DNA of 24,740 nt from a virus (taxonomy: Duplodnaviria > Caudoviricetes), in the IMG/VR virus record IMGVR_UViG_3300031683_000036, positions 1 through 24,740 of that record, one strand, 5' to 3'. Each line of letters starts with the position of its first letter. Position 1 is the stretch's first letter. Positions 13,489 through 23,051 of the stretch are shown in pieces. Made by a program: the position numbers and the translations under genes. Below the pieces are notes generated by a model, which saw only the letters and a list, made by a program, of their open reading frames with translations, was not told the origin of the DNA and searched no databases.

Positions 13489-15749
13489 TGGTACAGATAA
13501 TAGCATATTCACAAGATGGTGGTGATGCCACTTACTTAGATTTGGGGGCTATAAGTATCAAAGCTACCTACTCGAGTAAGGAGATACAAGATATAACCTC
13601 TCAAAAGAGTAATTACACCCATAACATTACGCTCCCGTATAGTAAAACTAACAATGATTTCTTTGCTCACTATTACGAAGTGAATGTCGATGGTGTATTT
13701 AGGGCAGATGTTAAGGCTTCGTGTTCTATTTACGTAGATTCAAACCTACAATTTGAGGGTTATTTACAATTATTAAGAGTTGATAACCTAAAAGAGAACT
13801 ATACCGTTATCTGTTATGGTGATATAGCTAACCTAGCTACTGAATTAGGAGAGTCAAAGCTGAATGATTTAGATTTATCTAAGTACAATCACCTATTATC
13901 ACAAGCTAATATTCTAAATAGTTGGAGTGGCGTTACCGATTACATAGGAACTCAACCAGATGGAGTTGAGATATTGTATCCTATCATTGATTATGGTTCT
14001 GTTTATCATGGCGATACGTTAAATACAAACGCAGGAGCAATTAAGCCAAGAGATTTAAAACCGTCCATTCAACTAAAGGCATTGTTAGACGTAATATTAG
14101 AGAGTGCAGGATACACAATTAGTTCTACATTCTTAAATAGTACATTCTTCACTAGTCAATACATGACTTTAGGGGGTGAGGTTAAGGGTGCTATTACTGA
14201 TTTAGTAGATGGGTTTAAAGTTGGTATGAATGCAGACCAAACGCCAACAAGCTCCTCAACTATTGAATTCAATAACGAAACTACTGCAAGTGGGTATTAT
14301 GATATAAATGGTAATTTTAGTTCATACAACTACAACGCACCTCATGCAGGAAATTACAACTTTAAAGTACAGGTGGTGTTAAATATTACCCTATCATCTA
14401 ATTTTGGATTTAGAGTTTATTTGTACACAAATGGACTTCCTACTGCATGGAAAAACATACCTGAACCTGCAACATCAGGACTATCGGTACATACTTTTGA
14501 TTTTGAATCAATATACCAAACATCTGGGGATGGCGTAAAAGTTGTTTTAGTTAGGGTTAATGGAGATAACACTACGACTACAATAGAAACATCAGGAACG
14601 ATAAACAGCATTCTATACGATTCATTCTTTAAACTTACCTCTATTCCTATTGCAGTTGAAGGTGGTACAGTAGAGTTAGGTGCAGGAAATAACTTACTAT
14701 CTAAAGATAAACAAGTTGATTTTATCAAAGCTATATTCTCAAGGTACAACCTAATTGCTGAATCTGACAAGGATATTCCTAATCAATTAAATATTGAACC
14801 AATACAAGACTACAGAGATGCAGGAACTTCTAAAGATTGGACTGATAAATTAGATGTTTCTAAGAGTATATTAATAGAGCCAACAAGTAAATACAGAAAG
14901 GCAGAGATTAACTTAACGGATAAAGAAGATAAGGATATAAATAATGAGGACTGGTTAGACGAGAAAGGTACAATCTACAACTCATACACGTTCCCATTTT
15001 ATGGGGATTTTGGAAGTGGAGAATTGAAAGTGCCGACTATATTTTCAAGCTTTGTGCCTGATAAGATCCCTAATAATAGAATGTTTATTTCTAAGCATTA
15101 CAAGTGGAACAACGGAGAAGCCGAAGCTGTAACGACTAAGCCAAAGCTATTCTATTATAGTGGACTTAAAAACTTACCAACAGATTCAAACTTTGAATTA
15201 ATGAATGAACCCGCAGGCACTTATTCAGAACGCACAGCTTATCCGTTTTGCCATCACTATTCCATGGCAGGTAATATGGTTGTAAATACGGATAAAGATA
15301 TTCGTTTCAAGAGCGGTTCGGTTAAGTATCAAAATGACATTGTAGAAACACAAACCAACAACGATGTTTATACAGATTACTGGGGTGATTCTTTAAACAA
15401 TATCTACAATAAAGGTGCGAGAATTATGAGTGCTTACTTCTATTTAGATAGTCAAGACATATCAGACTTTAAATATAACGATAAGGTATTTGTAAAGGAT
15501 TCTTATTGGTTAATTAATAAGATAGATAGTTATGCGATGGGTGTAGGTAGTTCGACTAAGGTGGAGCTTATAAAAATAATTGAAACTCCTGACGATAGTG
15601 TCTGTGCTTTAACTATGATCTCATCTAATGTGGATGGTTCAACTAATTGGGTAGATGCAAGTGGTACAGCTACAGCCCCTACAGCGTTATGCTGTGAAGC
15701 TAATGGAATGACTTACAGTAGTGGTCATGGTGGTAAATGTTATTGGTAA
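13488..15749 (+). CDS. Tail tip/baseplate hub-like protein
   Basis: 753 aa; N-terminal EIQDI..KSNYT.NITLP..KTNN.FF, YPIIDYG, DWTDKLD; central C1q-like insert; C-terminal FKYNDKVFV...WLINKI. Confidence 0.6.
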   Translation: MVQIIAYSQDGGDATYLDLGAISIKATYSSKEIQDITSQKSNYTHNITLPYSKTNNDFFAHYYEVNVDGVFRADVKASCSIYVDSNLQFEGYLQLLRVDNLKENYTVICYGDIANLATELGESKLNDLDLSKYNHLLSQANILNSWSGVTDYIGTQPDGVEILYPIIDYGSVYHGDTLNTNAGAIKPRDLKPSIQLKALLDVILESAGYTISSTFLNSTFFTSQYMTLGGEVKGAITDLVDGFKVGMNADQTPTSSSTIEFNNETTASGYYDINGNFSSYNYNAPHAGNYNFKVQVVLNITLSSNFGFRVYLYTNGLPTAWKNIPEPATSGLSVHTFDFESIYQTSGDGVKVVLVRVNGDNTTTTIETSGTINSILYDSFFKLTSIPIAVEGGTVELGAGNNLLSKDKQVDFIKAIFSRYNLIAESDKDIPNQLNIEPIQDYRDAGTSKDWTDKLDVSKSILIEPTSKYRKAEINLTDKEDKDINNEDWLDEKGTIYNSYTFPFYGDFGSGELKVPTIFSSFVPDKIPNNRMFISKHYKWNNGEAEAVTTKPKLFYYSGLKNLPTDSNFELMNEPAGTYSERTAYPFCHHYSMAGNMVVNTDKDIRFKSGSVKYQNDIVETQTNNDVYTDYWGDSLNNIYNKGARIMSAYFYLDSQDISDFKYNDKVFVKDSYWLINKIDSYAMGVGSSTKVELIKIIETPDDSVCALTMISSNVDGSTNWVDASGTATAPTALCCEANGMTYSSGHGGKCYW

Positions 15750-15892
15750 TGATAAACGAAGTTATAAAAGGTATTTGTCAAGGCAAAATAAAACCTAGCA
15801 AAGAGAATGAGATAGCGTTTGGATTGAATGAATATCCGACCACATTTAAGAAAGCTTGGAAACAAATAAAAGAATTATGGCACAAGAGGTAG
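15749..15892 (+). CDS. Hypothetical protein (47 aa)
   Basis: MINEVIKGICQG...PTTFKKAWKQIKELWHKR; TAATG overlap upstream; overlaps the tape measure start. Below the track cutoff. Confidence 0.65.
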   Translation: MINEVIKGICQGKIKPSKENEIAFGLNEYPTTFKKAWKQIKELWHKR

Positions 15893-17469
15893 TATTAGAT
15901 TTAGTTGCCAATGACAAGGCTTCTAAAGTTGTAAAAGGAACATCAAAAGAGATTAAAGGAGCTACAACAGAAGCAACCTTAATGAGTGGAGCTATGAACA
16001 CTGTAAGAGGTGCGATGGTTAAGGTTAAGGCTACTGGAAAATTAATGTTTGGAAGCATTAAGGCAGGACTTATTAGTACTGGTATCGGTGCGTTTGTAGT
16101 TGTGATCGGTTCGCTTGTGGCGTATTTTACACAGACTAAAAAAGGGGCTGAACTACTAGAGCAAGCATTTGCAGGAATAGGAGCAGCGATTTCAGTTCTT
16201 ACAGATAGGATTTCTGCTATTGGTGGAGCTATTATGAAAGTCTTTTCAGGAGATTTTAAAGGGGCAGCCGAAGATGTAAAAGGGGCTTTAAGTGGTATAG
16301 CAGATGAGATAGTATCTGAGGTGGATGCAGCGGTAAGACTTAAGGGTGAACTTCAAAATATTACAGATGCCACAAGAGGGTTTAATATTGAAAAGGCTAA
16401 AACAAACCAAGAGATTGCTAAGGCTTTATTATTAGCAGAAGATGAACACGCAAGTAATGAGGTTAGACTAGAAGCATTAAAAGCTGCATTAGTATTAGAA
16501 GAGCAAACTACAGCTAAACAATTAGAACTTCAACGAAGAAAAGTAGCAGCCATAGAAGAAGAGGTCGGTTTAGGCGAAAGTTTAGAAGAGGATTTACAAC
16601 GATTGAATGATGAGAAGATTCGTTTAATTGAATTAGAAACGGCATCTATAAAACAAAAGAAAAAGGTAGTTACTCAGGTAAATGACTTTGAGAAAAGCAT
16701 AAACGCAGAAGCAGTAGCAAGATATAATAAACAGTTAAAACTTAAAGAGGAATCTGATAAATTAGAATCCGATAGACTAATTAAACAAGCCGAATACAGA
16801 GAAACGGCTATTGATGCGATTACAAACAAATTCAAACTTGCAAGAGATGAGAGTGAAATAGAAGCCGTTGAAAGGGAAAAGGATAAGCAATTAGCAGAAC
16901 TCGAAAGATTAGAAGCAAGTGAACAAGCCAAGGCAGATGTAGAAGCTTTCTTTAGCGATAAGATAGTAGGCATTAAAACCACACAAGCAGCCAAAGAAAA
17001 GAAGTTAGAACTAGCAAAAGTCAAAGCAACAACAGATACAAACAACGCTACACTTGCATTGGTTGGAGGTTTAGCTGGTGCATTAGGTAAGTTAGCAGGA
17101 GATTCAAAAGGTTTGGCTATCGGTGAAGCTACAATTTCGACTTACTTAGGAGCAACGAAAGCACTAGCAGCAGGAGCAGGTACTCCAGTAGGTTATATTA
17201 ATGCTGCAGCAATTATAGCAACAGGTTTATCGAATGTTAAAACTATTATAAGCACTGATGTAGGGAGTGGTTCAGGTGGGAGTGTTCCTAACGTTGGTTC
17301 TGTAGGTGGAAATATAGCAGCATCAATTCCAGCTCAAACAGGTTTAGGCGATGTAGTAGATACCATTAACGGACAAGGACAACAACCAGTACAAGCATAC
17401 GTAATATCACAAGAAGTAACAGACAGCCAAGAGGCTCAAGCATATATTAATAACCAAAGAACCCTATAA
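15877..17469 (+). CDS. Tape measure protein
   Basis: ATG at 15877 preferred. Ala/Gly-rich hydrophobic helices (STGIGAFVVVIGSL), a long coiled coil and C-terminal QPVQAYVISQEVT. Confidence 0.75.
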   Translation: MAQEVVLDLVANDKASKVVKGTSKEIKGATTEATLMSGAMNTVRGAMVKVKATGKLMFGSIKAGLISTGIGAFVVVIGSLVAYFTQTKKGAELLEQAFAGIGAAISVLTDRISAIGGAIMKVFSGDFKGAAEDVKGALSGIADEIVSEVDAAVRLKGELQNITDATRGFNIEKAKTNQEIAKALLLAEDEHASNEVRLEALKAALVLEEQTTAKQLELQRRKVAAIEEEVGLGESLEEDLQRLNDEKIRLIELETASIKQKKKVVTQVNDFEKSINAEAVARYNKQLKLKEESDKLESDRLIKQAEYRETAIDAITNKFKLARDESEIEAVEREKDKQLAELERLEASEQAKADVEAFFSDKIVGIKTTQAAKEKKLELAKVKATTDTNNATLALVGGLAGALGKLAGDSKGLAIGEATISTYLGATKALAAGAGTPVGYINAAAIIATGLSNVKTIISTDVGSGSGGSVPNVGSVGGNIAASIPAQTGLGDVVDTINGQGQQPVQAYVISQEVTDSQEAQAYINNQRTL

Positions 17470-17470
17470 A

Positions 17471-18058
17471 ATGAGAGTAGTAGAATTTGTAATAAACGAG
17501 GAAGAAGATGATTTCGGAGTATTCGCAATTAGTCTAGTAGATAAACCTGCGATAGAAGAAAACTTCAGATACTTTTCAGAAGAGAAGCAAACCTTTGCGA
17601 CCGTAGATACGGATGAGCGTATTGTAATGGGTGCAGTTATGATTCCTGATTTAGAGATTATTCGAGTAGATGAGAACGGAGAAAAGTATAAATGCTTCTT
17701 TTCTAAGGAAACAGTGAAAAGAGTAAGCCAATTATATATGCTTAATTCTAAGCATCAAAACGCAACGATTGACCATGCAAGAACGGTGAATGGAATCACT
17801 ACAATAGAAACGTGGTTAGTAGCTGATACCAAGCACGATAAGACACAAGCGTTTGGGTTAAGTTATCCAGTAGGCACGTGGGTTGCGACTATGAAGATAG
17901 ACAACGAGGACATATGGCAGAACTATATCAAAGAGGGTGTAGTTAAAGGTTTTTCTGTGGAGGGATACTTCAACGAAAAGAAGCAAGAGATGAGTGAAGA
18001 TTCTACTTTAGCAGCTATCCGTCAAATCATTATGGAAGATGAAAACGCAACAAACTAG
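17471..18058 (+). CDS. Prohead protease (XkdF-like serine protease)
   Basis: AISLVDKPAIE, ATIDH, PVGTW, GVVKGFSVEG. Confidence 0.8.
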   Translation: MRVVEFVINEEEDDFGVFAISLVDKPAIEENFRYFSEEKQTFATVDTDERIVMGAVMIPDLEIIRVDENGEKYKCFFSKETVKRVSQLYMLNSKHQNATIDHARTVNGITTIETWLVADTKHDKTQAFGLSYPVGTWVATMKIDNEDIWQNYIKEGVVKGFSVEGYFNEKKQEMSEDSTLAAIRQIIMEDENATN

Positions 18059-18072
18059 TTTTAATTGTATTA
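18047..18072 (+). promoter_or_regulatory. Candidate late promoter upstream of scaffold/capsid
   Basis: GCAACA-N14-GTATTA, a degenerate copy of the 10213/20276 motif. Confidence 0.35.
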
Positions 18073-18085
18073 TAAAATAAAGAAC

Positions 18086-18673
18086 ATGGAAACATTGAAG
18101 AAGATTAAGGTCTTACTAGGTATGGTGGAGGAAGTAACTCCAGTAGAATTAGAAGAGGCAAAAGAGCAAATGAAGTTCGAAGAGTTAGCTTTGGAAGATG
18201 GTACTATCGTTAGTGCTGATTCTCTTGAAGTTGGTTCTGCTGTATTCATTATGGTCGAAGAAGAAAAGCAACCTTTGCCAATTGGTGAATATGCTTTAGC
18301 TGACGGATCTCTTTTAGTTGTAGTTGAGGAAGGTATCATTGCCGAAATCAAAGCAGCAGAAGAGAAAGTTGAAGAAGAAGTAGTTGAAGAGGAAATGGCT
18401 ACAGAAGACAATTCTAAGTCAGCACTTATCGAAGCTATCGGAGTTCTTGAAAACTTAGTACAGGAGTTTAACTCTATCAAAGAGGAATTTGCATCTTTAA
18501 AAGTAGAAGCAAAAGAAAACGCTGTTAAGGTTGAAGAGTTCGAAGCAGTAGGTGAAGAAGTTAAACCAAATCCAGAAGGTAACTTTAGTTCAACGGTAAG
18601 TTTAACATCAGTAGAGTTTGGTAAATTATCAGCTCAAGGTAGAGTACAGTATTTAATTAACAAAAATAAATAA
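18086..18673 (+). CDS. Putative capsid scaffolding protein
   Basis: Very acidic; LEDGT..PLPIGEY.L.DG..LVV.EEGII followed by a coiled coil; lies between protease and capsid. ATG at 18086 preferred. Confidence 0.65.
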   Translation: METLKKIKVLLGMVEEVTPVELEEAKEQMKFEELALEDGTIVSADSLEVGSAVFIMVEEEKQPLPIGEYALADGSLLVVVEEGIIAEIKAAEEKVEEEVVEEEMATEDNSKSALIEAIGVLENLVQEFNSIKEEFASLKVEAKENAVKVEEFEAVGEEVKPNPEGNFSSTVSLTSVEFGKLSAQGRVQYLINKNK

Positions 18674-18679
18674 AAGATT

Positions 18680-19576
18680 ATGGCAGATTCAATCAATGGG
18701 GCATATGTAGGCGAAGAGGCTGCAGGTTTCATATCAGCATCACTTTTAAGTGGTGAAACATTATCAAAAGGGAATGTAACTATACTTCCTAACGTAAGTT
18801 ATAGCGTAAACTTAAAGAAGTTCGATTTATCAGCTTCTTCTGTAGTAGATGCAACTTGTGATTTCACAGACGCAGGTGATGTAACTTATGATGACAAAGC
18901 TTTAACTCCTAAGAATCTTGGGTTGAACAAGCAACTTTGTAAGAAAGAATGGCTTTCTACTTTTGCAGGTTCTCAAATGAGAGTTGGAATTGACGGTACT
19001 TTACCTTCAAACTTCCAAGAGTACATTATCAGTCAAGCAGGTGCAGTAGTTGGTCAGGAAATGGAGAAATCTATCTGGCAAGGTGCAGCAGCTACAACTG
19101 GAGAGTTTAATGGTTTTCAAGCTTTATGTTTAGCAGATGCAGCAGTTGTAGATGTTACTGCAACAACTTTATCAGCAGCAAACATCATTGCTGAATTAGG
19201 TAAAGTTCGTGATGCAATTTTAGACGCTAACTACGGTCAAGAAGATTTAGGTATCTACATCGGTACTGCTGCAATGAAATTTTACATTTCTGCACAAGCT
19301 GCTTTAGGTTACCAAGACAACTTCCACGTAGGAGTTTCAGAAGCTAACTTTGAAGGTACTAAGTTAATTCTTGCACCCGGAATGTCAGCTAACAAGATGA
19401 TTGCTGCACGTAGATCAAACCTATTCTTTGCAACTGACCTTGTAACAGATATGGCTGAAGTTCGTGTATTAGACATGACTCCAACTGATGGTTCTGATAA
19501 CGTACGTTTAGTGATGAAGTGGAATGCAGGTGTAGGATTTGCAAACGGTTCAGACATCGTTTATTACAACGCATAA
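18680..19576 (+). CDS. Major capsid protein
   Basis: 298 aa after protease and scaffold; EMEKSIWQG....EFNGF long-helix motif typical of HK97-fold capsids; strongly biased codon use. Confidence 0.8.
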   Translation: MADSINGAYVGEEAAGFISASLLSGETLSKGNVTILPNVSYSVNLKKFDLSASSVVDATCDFTDAGDVTYDDKALTPKNLGLNKQLCKKEWLSTFAGSQMRVGIDGTLPSNFQEYIISQAGAVVGQEMEKSIWQGAAATTGEFNGFQALCLADAAVVDVTATTLSAANIIAELGKVRDAILDANYGQEDLGIYIGTAAMKFYISAQAALGYQDNFHVGVSEANFEGTKLILAPGMSANKMIAARRSNLFFATDLVTDMAEVRVLDMTPTDGSDNVRLVMKWNAGVGFANGSDIVYYNA

Positions 19577-19588
19577 TAATAACAATAC

Positions 19589-19612
19589 AGAGGGGGTTTA
19601 AACGCTCCCTCT
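19589..19612 (+). terminator. Hairpin after the capsid gene (weak terminator/mRNA stabiliser)
   Basis: AGAGGGGGT/GCTCCCTCT stem with two G.U pairs, followed only by TATTT. Confidence 0.55.
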
Positions 19613-19631
19613 TATTTAAACATAAAGAAAT

Positions 19632-20210
19632 ATGGCTTGTTTAGTAGCAAACGGTAGAGCTTTGGAATGTCGAGAGAGTATCGGTGGTATAAGAAACATT
19701 TACTTTGTGAACAACAATGTGATGGGTGCTTATACGATTGATGTAGATGGGGAATTAGATGACTTAGGGGCTGTTAGTTCAGCGTACAAGTACGAATTAA
19801 ACCCTCAATCTTCAGACTTTGACGAAGCGATTACAGTTTCAGAAGAAAACGGAACGGTATTTTATGAGCAAACTATCAATTTAGCTTTGCCTAATTTATC
19901 AAAAGATGCATTAAAGAACTTGAAATTACTTGCACAAGGTAGATTTCAGATTTTCGTAGAAGATAACAACATCAATGAGGCTACAGGCTTCGGTGATTTG
20001 TATCTTGCAGGTGCTTATAATGGAATGACTGTTACAGGTGGTAACATTGGACGTGGTAAAGCGTTTGGAGATATGAGTGGTTATAACATTGCATTGGTAG
20101 GTAGAGAGCAAAGAGCTGCTTTATCAGTAGTACCTAGTGCAGTTGTAGCAGATACAATCTTCGGAGGACTTACGACTACAGGAAACAGACCAACAATAGT
20201 TACTTCGTAA
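19632..20210 (+). CDS. Putative major tail (tube) protein
   Basis: MACLV..GR..ECRESIGGI..IYF...SEENGTVFYEQT...G.AFGDMSGY; 192 aa; follows the capsid gene. Confidence 0.65.
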   Translation: MACLVANGRALECRESIGGIRNIYFVNNNVMGAYTIDVDGELDDLGAVSSAYKYELNPQSSDFDEAITVSEENGTVFYEQTINLALPNLSKDALKNLKLLAQGRFQIFVEDNNINEATGFGDLYLAGAYNGMTVTGGNIGRGKAFGDMSGYNIALVGREQRAALSVVPSAVVADTIFGGLTTTGNRPTIVTS

Positions 20211-20232
20211 AAATAAAGTATAATTTAATATC

Positions 20233-20262
20233 AAAGCCTTCCCTAATCGGAGGGCTTTTTTT
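20233..20262 (+). terminator. Intrinsic terminator
   Basis: AAAGCCTTCC/GGAGGGCTTT in a T7 run. Confidence 0.85.
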
Positions 20263-20275
20263 AGTTAAAATAAAA

Positions 20276-20301
20276 ACAAAACGCTTATTTTTAGATTATT
20301 A
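20276..20301 (+). promoter_or_regulatory. Candidate late promoter (phage sigma)
   Basis: ACAAAA-N14-TTATTA, just after a terminator and upstream of structural genes. Confidence 0.45.
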
Positions 20302-20316
20302 TAAAAGACACACATT

Positions 20317-20574
20317 ATGCCAACGAATTTAATAGTAAGACAAGGAACAACAGGAGTAGTAGTTACTCCTAGCGATGCCGTAGATATAACTGGATCAACA
20401 GCCAATACTCCAGCAACATTATTTGTAGGAACTGCGGGAGATATTGAAGTTATCACGTTAGGAGGCTCTACATTAGTTCTTAAAAATATTCCTGCAGGTT
20501 CTTTCTTACCTATACAGGTGACAAGAGTTAAGGCAACACTTACAACTGCATCGGACATAGTAGCTATATTTTAA
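20317..20574 (+). CDS. Head-spike base-like protein (RcGTA Rcc01079-like)
   Basis: VTPSD...LFVGTAGDIEV...G.TL..KNIPAGSFLPIQVTRVKAT.TTASDIVA pattern. Confidence 0.7.
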   Translation: MPTNLIVRQGTTGVVVTPSDAVDITGSTANTPATLFVGTAGDIEVITLGGSTLVLKNIPAGSFLPIQVTRVKATLTTASDIVAIF

Positions 20575-20577
20575 GGT

Positions 20578-22302
20578 ATGATTAATATCATACAGAATAC
20601 GATTGGTGCTTCACAGAAAGCTTCGGGAGTTGCTTCAATTTTACCTATAGCATACAACGTGCTTATTACAGGTGACTTTATTGAGGGCGTAACCCTAGCA
20701 GGTTCGTATCAATATACTGACCCTAATAGTGTACCTCAAGGCGTTACTACATTTAAGTGGTATCGTGCTGCAGATTCAATCGGTACAGGGAAAACGGTAG
20801 TAAGTACAACGCAATCATACACAGTCTTAGGTTCAGATGAAGGTGATTATATATCTTTTGAGGTAACTCCAAAGAATACAAACGGTGATGTTGGTACACC
20901 AAGAGCTACTACTTACGCAGAAGTTCCAATCCCTTTACCTTTAGCAAACAGCGTTTCTTATGGCTCTGTATTATTCCAAGGAGAAACACTTACAGGTGCT
21001 TATACTTATGTAGAGAATGGAAGCGCCCCTGAAGGTACTACAACGTTTAAGTGGTACACAGCAACAGATTCAAGTGGTACAGGTAAAGTAGCAATAGTTG
21101 GAGCTACATCACAGACTTATATATTACAAGCAACTGACAAAGATAACTTTATTTCATTCGAGGTGACACCTGTTACCAATACGGGCGTTTCTGGTGCTTC
21201 TGTTCAGACTGCTTATCAAACGGCTATTGGAGGCTTACCAGTTGCTACTAATGTAGTTTATACAGGAGTAGTTCAAGTTGGAGAGATTCAAACAGGTTCA
21301 TACGATTATAGCGGTGCTCCTGAAGGTAGTTCTGGTAAATATTGGTATAGATATAATTCAGTAGGCGGTGGTTCGGCTACTTACTTAGGTAGTGGTTCTA
21401 CATATACAATCATTGCAGCTGATGAGGGTAATACAATTAAATTCAGAGTAATTCCTAAATCAGTATCAGGCGTAGCTGGAACAAATGTATACTCACCAAC
21501 TAGAGGGGTTGTAGCTCCTTCTGCCTTCACAGGCTTACTAGACACTTACTCAGGTGCAGCAGTAGGTTATTCGCTTAGACAATTAAGTTCTACTTATAGC
21601 GGTAATTGCATTAAAGTTAGACGAGCTTCGGATAGTACTGAGTTAGATATTGGATTTGTAAATAACGTATTAGACACTGCAAGTTTAGCCACGTTCTGTT
21701 CAGGAACTGATGGGTTTGTTTCTGTTTGGTACGACCAAAGTGGTAATGCTAAACCGATGTTTAATACCTCGGCATCAAGGCAGCCAAAGATTGTGACTAG
21801 TGGTTCGATATTGTTGGAAAACGGAAAACCTATATTAACGTCTGATGGCTCTACTAGTGGAATGACTTCTGATTATATAGCAGATTCTGGAGTTTCGGCA
21901 AAAGGCTTGTTTATTGTAACTAAAAGGAATTCAAGTACAAACCAATGTATTTTAGGTTCTTATTCTGATGGAAATAATATAAATTACATATTAGATAGTG
22001 GTTCAACAAGTACATCAGTAAATCTAAATGTAGCCGTTACATCTCAGAAACTTAATGGTAGCTCGTGGGTATATACTAATAGGGGTGGTGTTTACACCGA
22101 CTTAAGTGTTCAGTCAATAATATCGGCTAACGCTGTATATAGTTTTGGAGTTGATACTACTGATGCATTAAGTTTAGGATATAGATATACATCTCCTGTT
22201 AATTTTGAAATGACTAACATGCAAGAGCTTGTTATATTTGAAAACCAAACAGACCAAGCAGCAAAAGAAACGGCGATTAATTCATTTTACAACGCTTACT
22301 AA
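20578..22302 (+). CDS. Head fibre/spike: three Ig-like repeats + ConA-like (arabinofuranosidase-B-like) domain
   Basis: Repeats start near 20641, 20935 and 21235 (G.TL.G.Y.Y...PEG...KWY....Y.....D....I.F.V.P). From ~21535: YSLR.L...YSG..I.VRR.SD..E.DIGF...FC..T.GFV..WYDQSGN. Confidence 0.65.
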   Translation: MINIIQNTIGASQKASGVASILPIAYNVLITGDFIEGVTLAGSYQYTDPNSVPQGVTTFKWYRAADSIGTGKTVVSTTQSYTVLGSDEGDYISFEVTPKNTNGDVGTPRATTYAEVPIPLPLANSVSYGSVLFQGETLTGAYTYVENGSAPEGTTTFKWYTATDSSGTGKVAIVGATSQTYILQATDKDNFISFEVTPVTNTGVSGASVQTAYQTAIGGLPVATNVVYTGVVQVGEIQTGSYDYSGAPEGSSGKYWYRYNSVGGGSATYLGSGSTYTIIAADEGNTIKFRVIPKSVSGVAGTNVYSPTRGVVAPSAFTGLLDTYSGAAVGYSLRQLSSTYSGNCIKVRRASDSTELDIGFVNNVLDTASLATFCSGTDGFVSVWYDQSGNAKPMFNTSASRQPKIVTSGSILLENGKPILTSDGSTSGMTSDYIADSGVSAKGLFIVTKRNSSTNQCILGSYSDGNNINYILDSGSTSTSVNLNVAVTSQKLNGSSWVYTNRGGVYTDLSVQSIISANAVYSFGVDTTDALSLGYRYTSPVNFEMTNMQELVIFENQTDQAAKETAINSFYNAY

Positions 22303-22505
22303 TGTACTATACAGGAACTAAAATAGAGTGCGAGAACTACAACAAGAAGGTAACGCTAAGCGAGGGTTATAGTGGCTCAACTACTAGATGGGCTGACGTG
22401 GTTACGCATAAAGATGGCAATAGATTCGCTATAATTAAGCACGAGAATTATACAGCGAATATGGATTTGATAGTATTAACGGACGATTGGTTTGAAACGA
22501 CATGA
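22302..22505 (+). CDS. Hypothetical protein
   Basis: 67 aa, TAATG-coupled to the fibre gene. Confidence 0.65.
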   Translation: MYYTGTKIECENYNKKVTLSEGYSGSTTRWADVVTHKDGNRFAIIKHENYTANMDLIVLTDDWFETT

Positions 22506-22681
22506 TTAAGATAGATAAACTTAGAAGCACGTATCTTATAACGCTAACGGAGAACGGAGAGATTAAACTTCAAACTCAGAGAGATGATTACAAGGTAGCT
22601 AAAACCTACGCTAAGGAATTAGGCAAGAAAAATAAAGTTAAAGTTAAGGATAATGTTAAAGTTAGCAACATCACAGAGTAA
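22502..22681 (+). CDS. Hypothetical protein (59 aa)
   Basis: MIKIDKLRSTY...VKVSNITE; ATGA overlap upstream. Below the track cutoff. Confidence 0.6.
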   Translation: MIKIDKLRSTYLITLTENGEIKLQTQRDDYKVAKTYAKELGKKNKVKVKDNVKVSNITE

Positions 22682-23051
22682 TACAGTTTACTTATCATTA
22701 GAAGAAAATTCCTCTAATGCATTTGATAACTACTATTTACTTGTATTTACTAATCTACAGACACGAGTTAGTGAAGCGAAAGTGGTAACTAAGGGCGATG
22801 TGAATGCAAGGTCGGTGGCTTTAACTTTCAATGTAAACACAGGAGCAGAACCTAAATATACAATGCAAGAGAACAGCTTCTTTTCTTACGATGTATATGA
22901 ACAAACTAGTTCAAGCAATACAGACATTGCAGATTCAAGCGTGTTAGGATTAAGAGAAACAGGGAAAGCTTGGGTAAACGGAACGAGTGAAGTGGTTTAC
23001 GTTAAACAAGCAGAAGCAAACAATACTAATTCAGTATATTTAAAAGTATGA
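22653..23051 (+). CDS. Putative virion/head-associated protein
   Basis: 132 aa with YLLVFTN...YDVYEQ.S..N.D....LRETGK; ATGA-coupled to the portal gene. Confidence 0.5.
   Translation: MLKLATSQSNTVYLSLEENSSNAFDNYYLLVFTNLQTRVSEAKVVTKGDVNARSVALTFNVNTGAEPKYTMQENSFFSYDVYEQTSSSNTDIADSSVLGLRETGKAWVNGTSEVVYVKQAEANNTNSVYLKV

Noticed and set aside
20211-20232. Tail-tube 3' UTR complementary to the initiator start region (TTAAATTAT, 1441-1449)
   Set aside because: Only 9 contiguous AU pairs and no promoter; expected by chance in AT-rich DNA.
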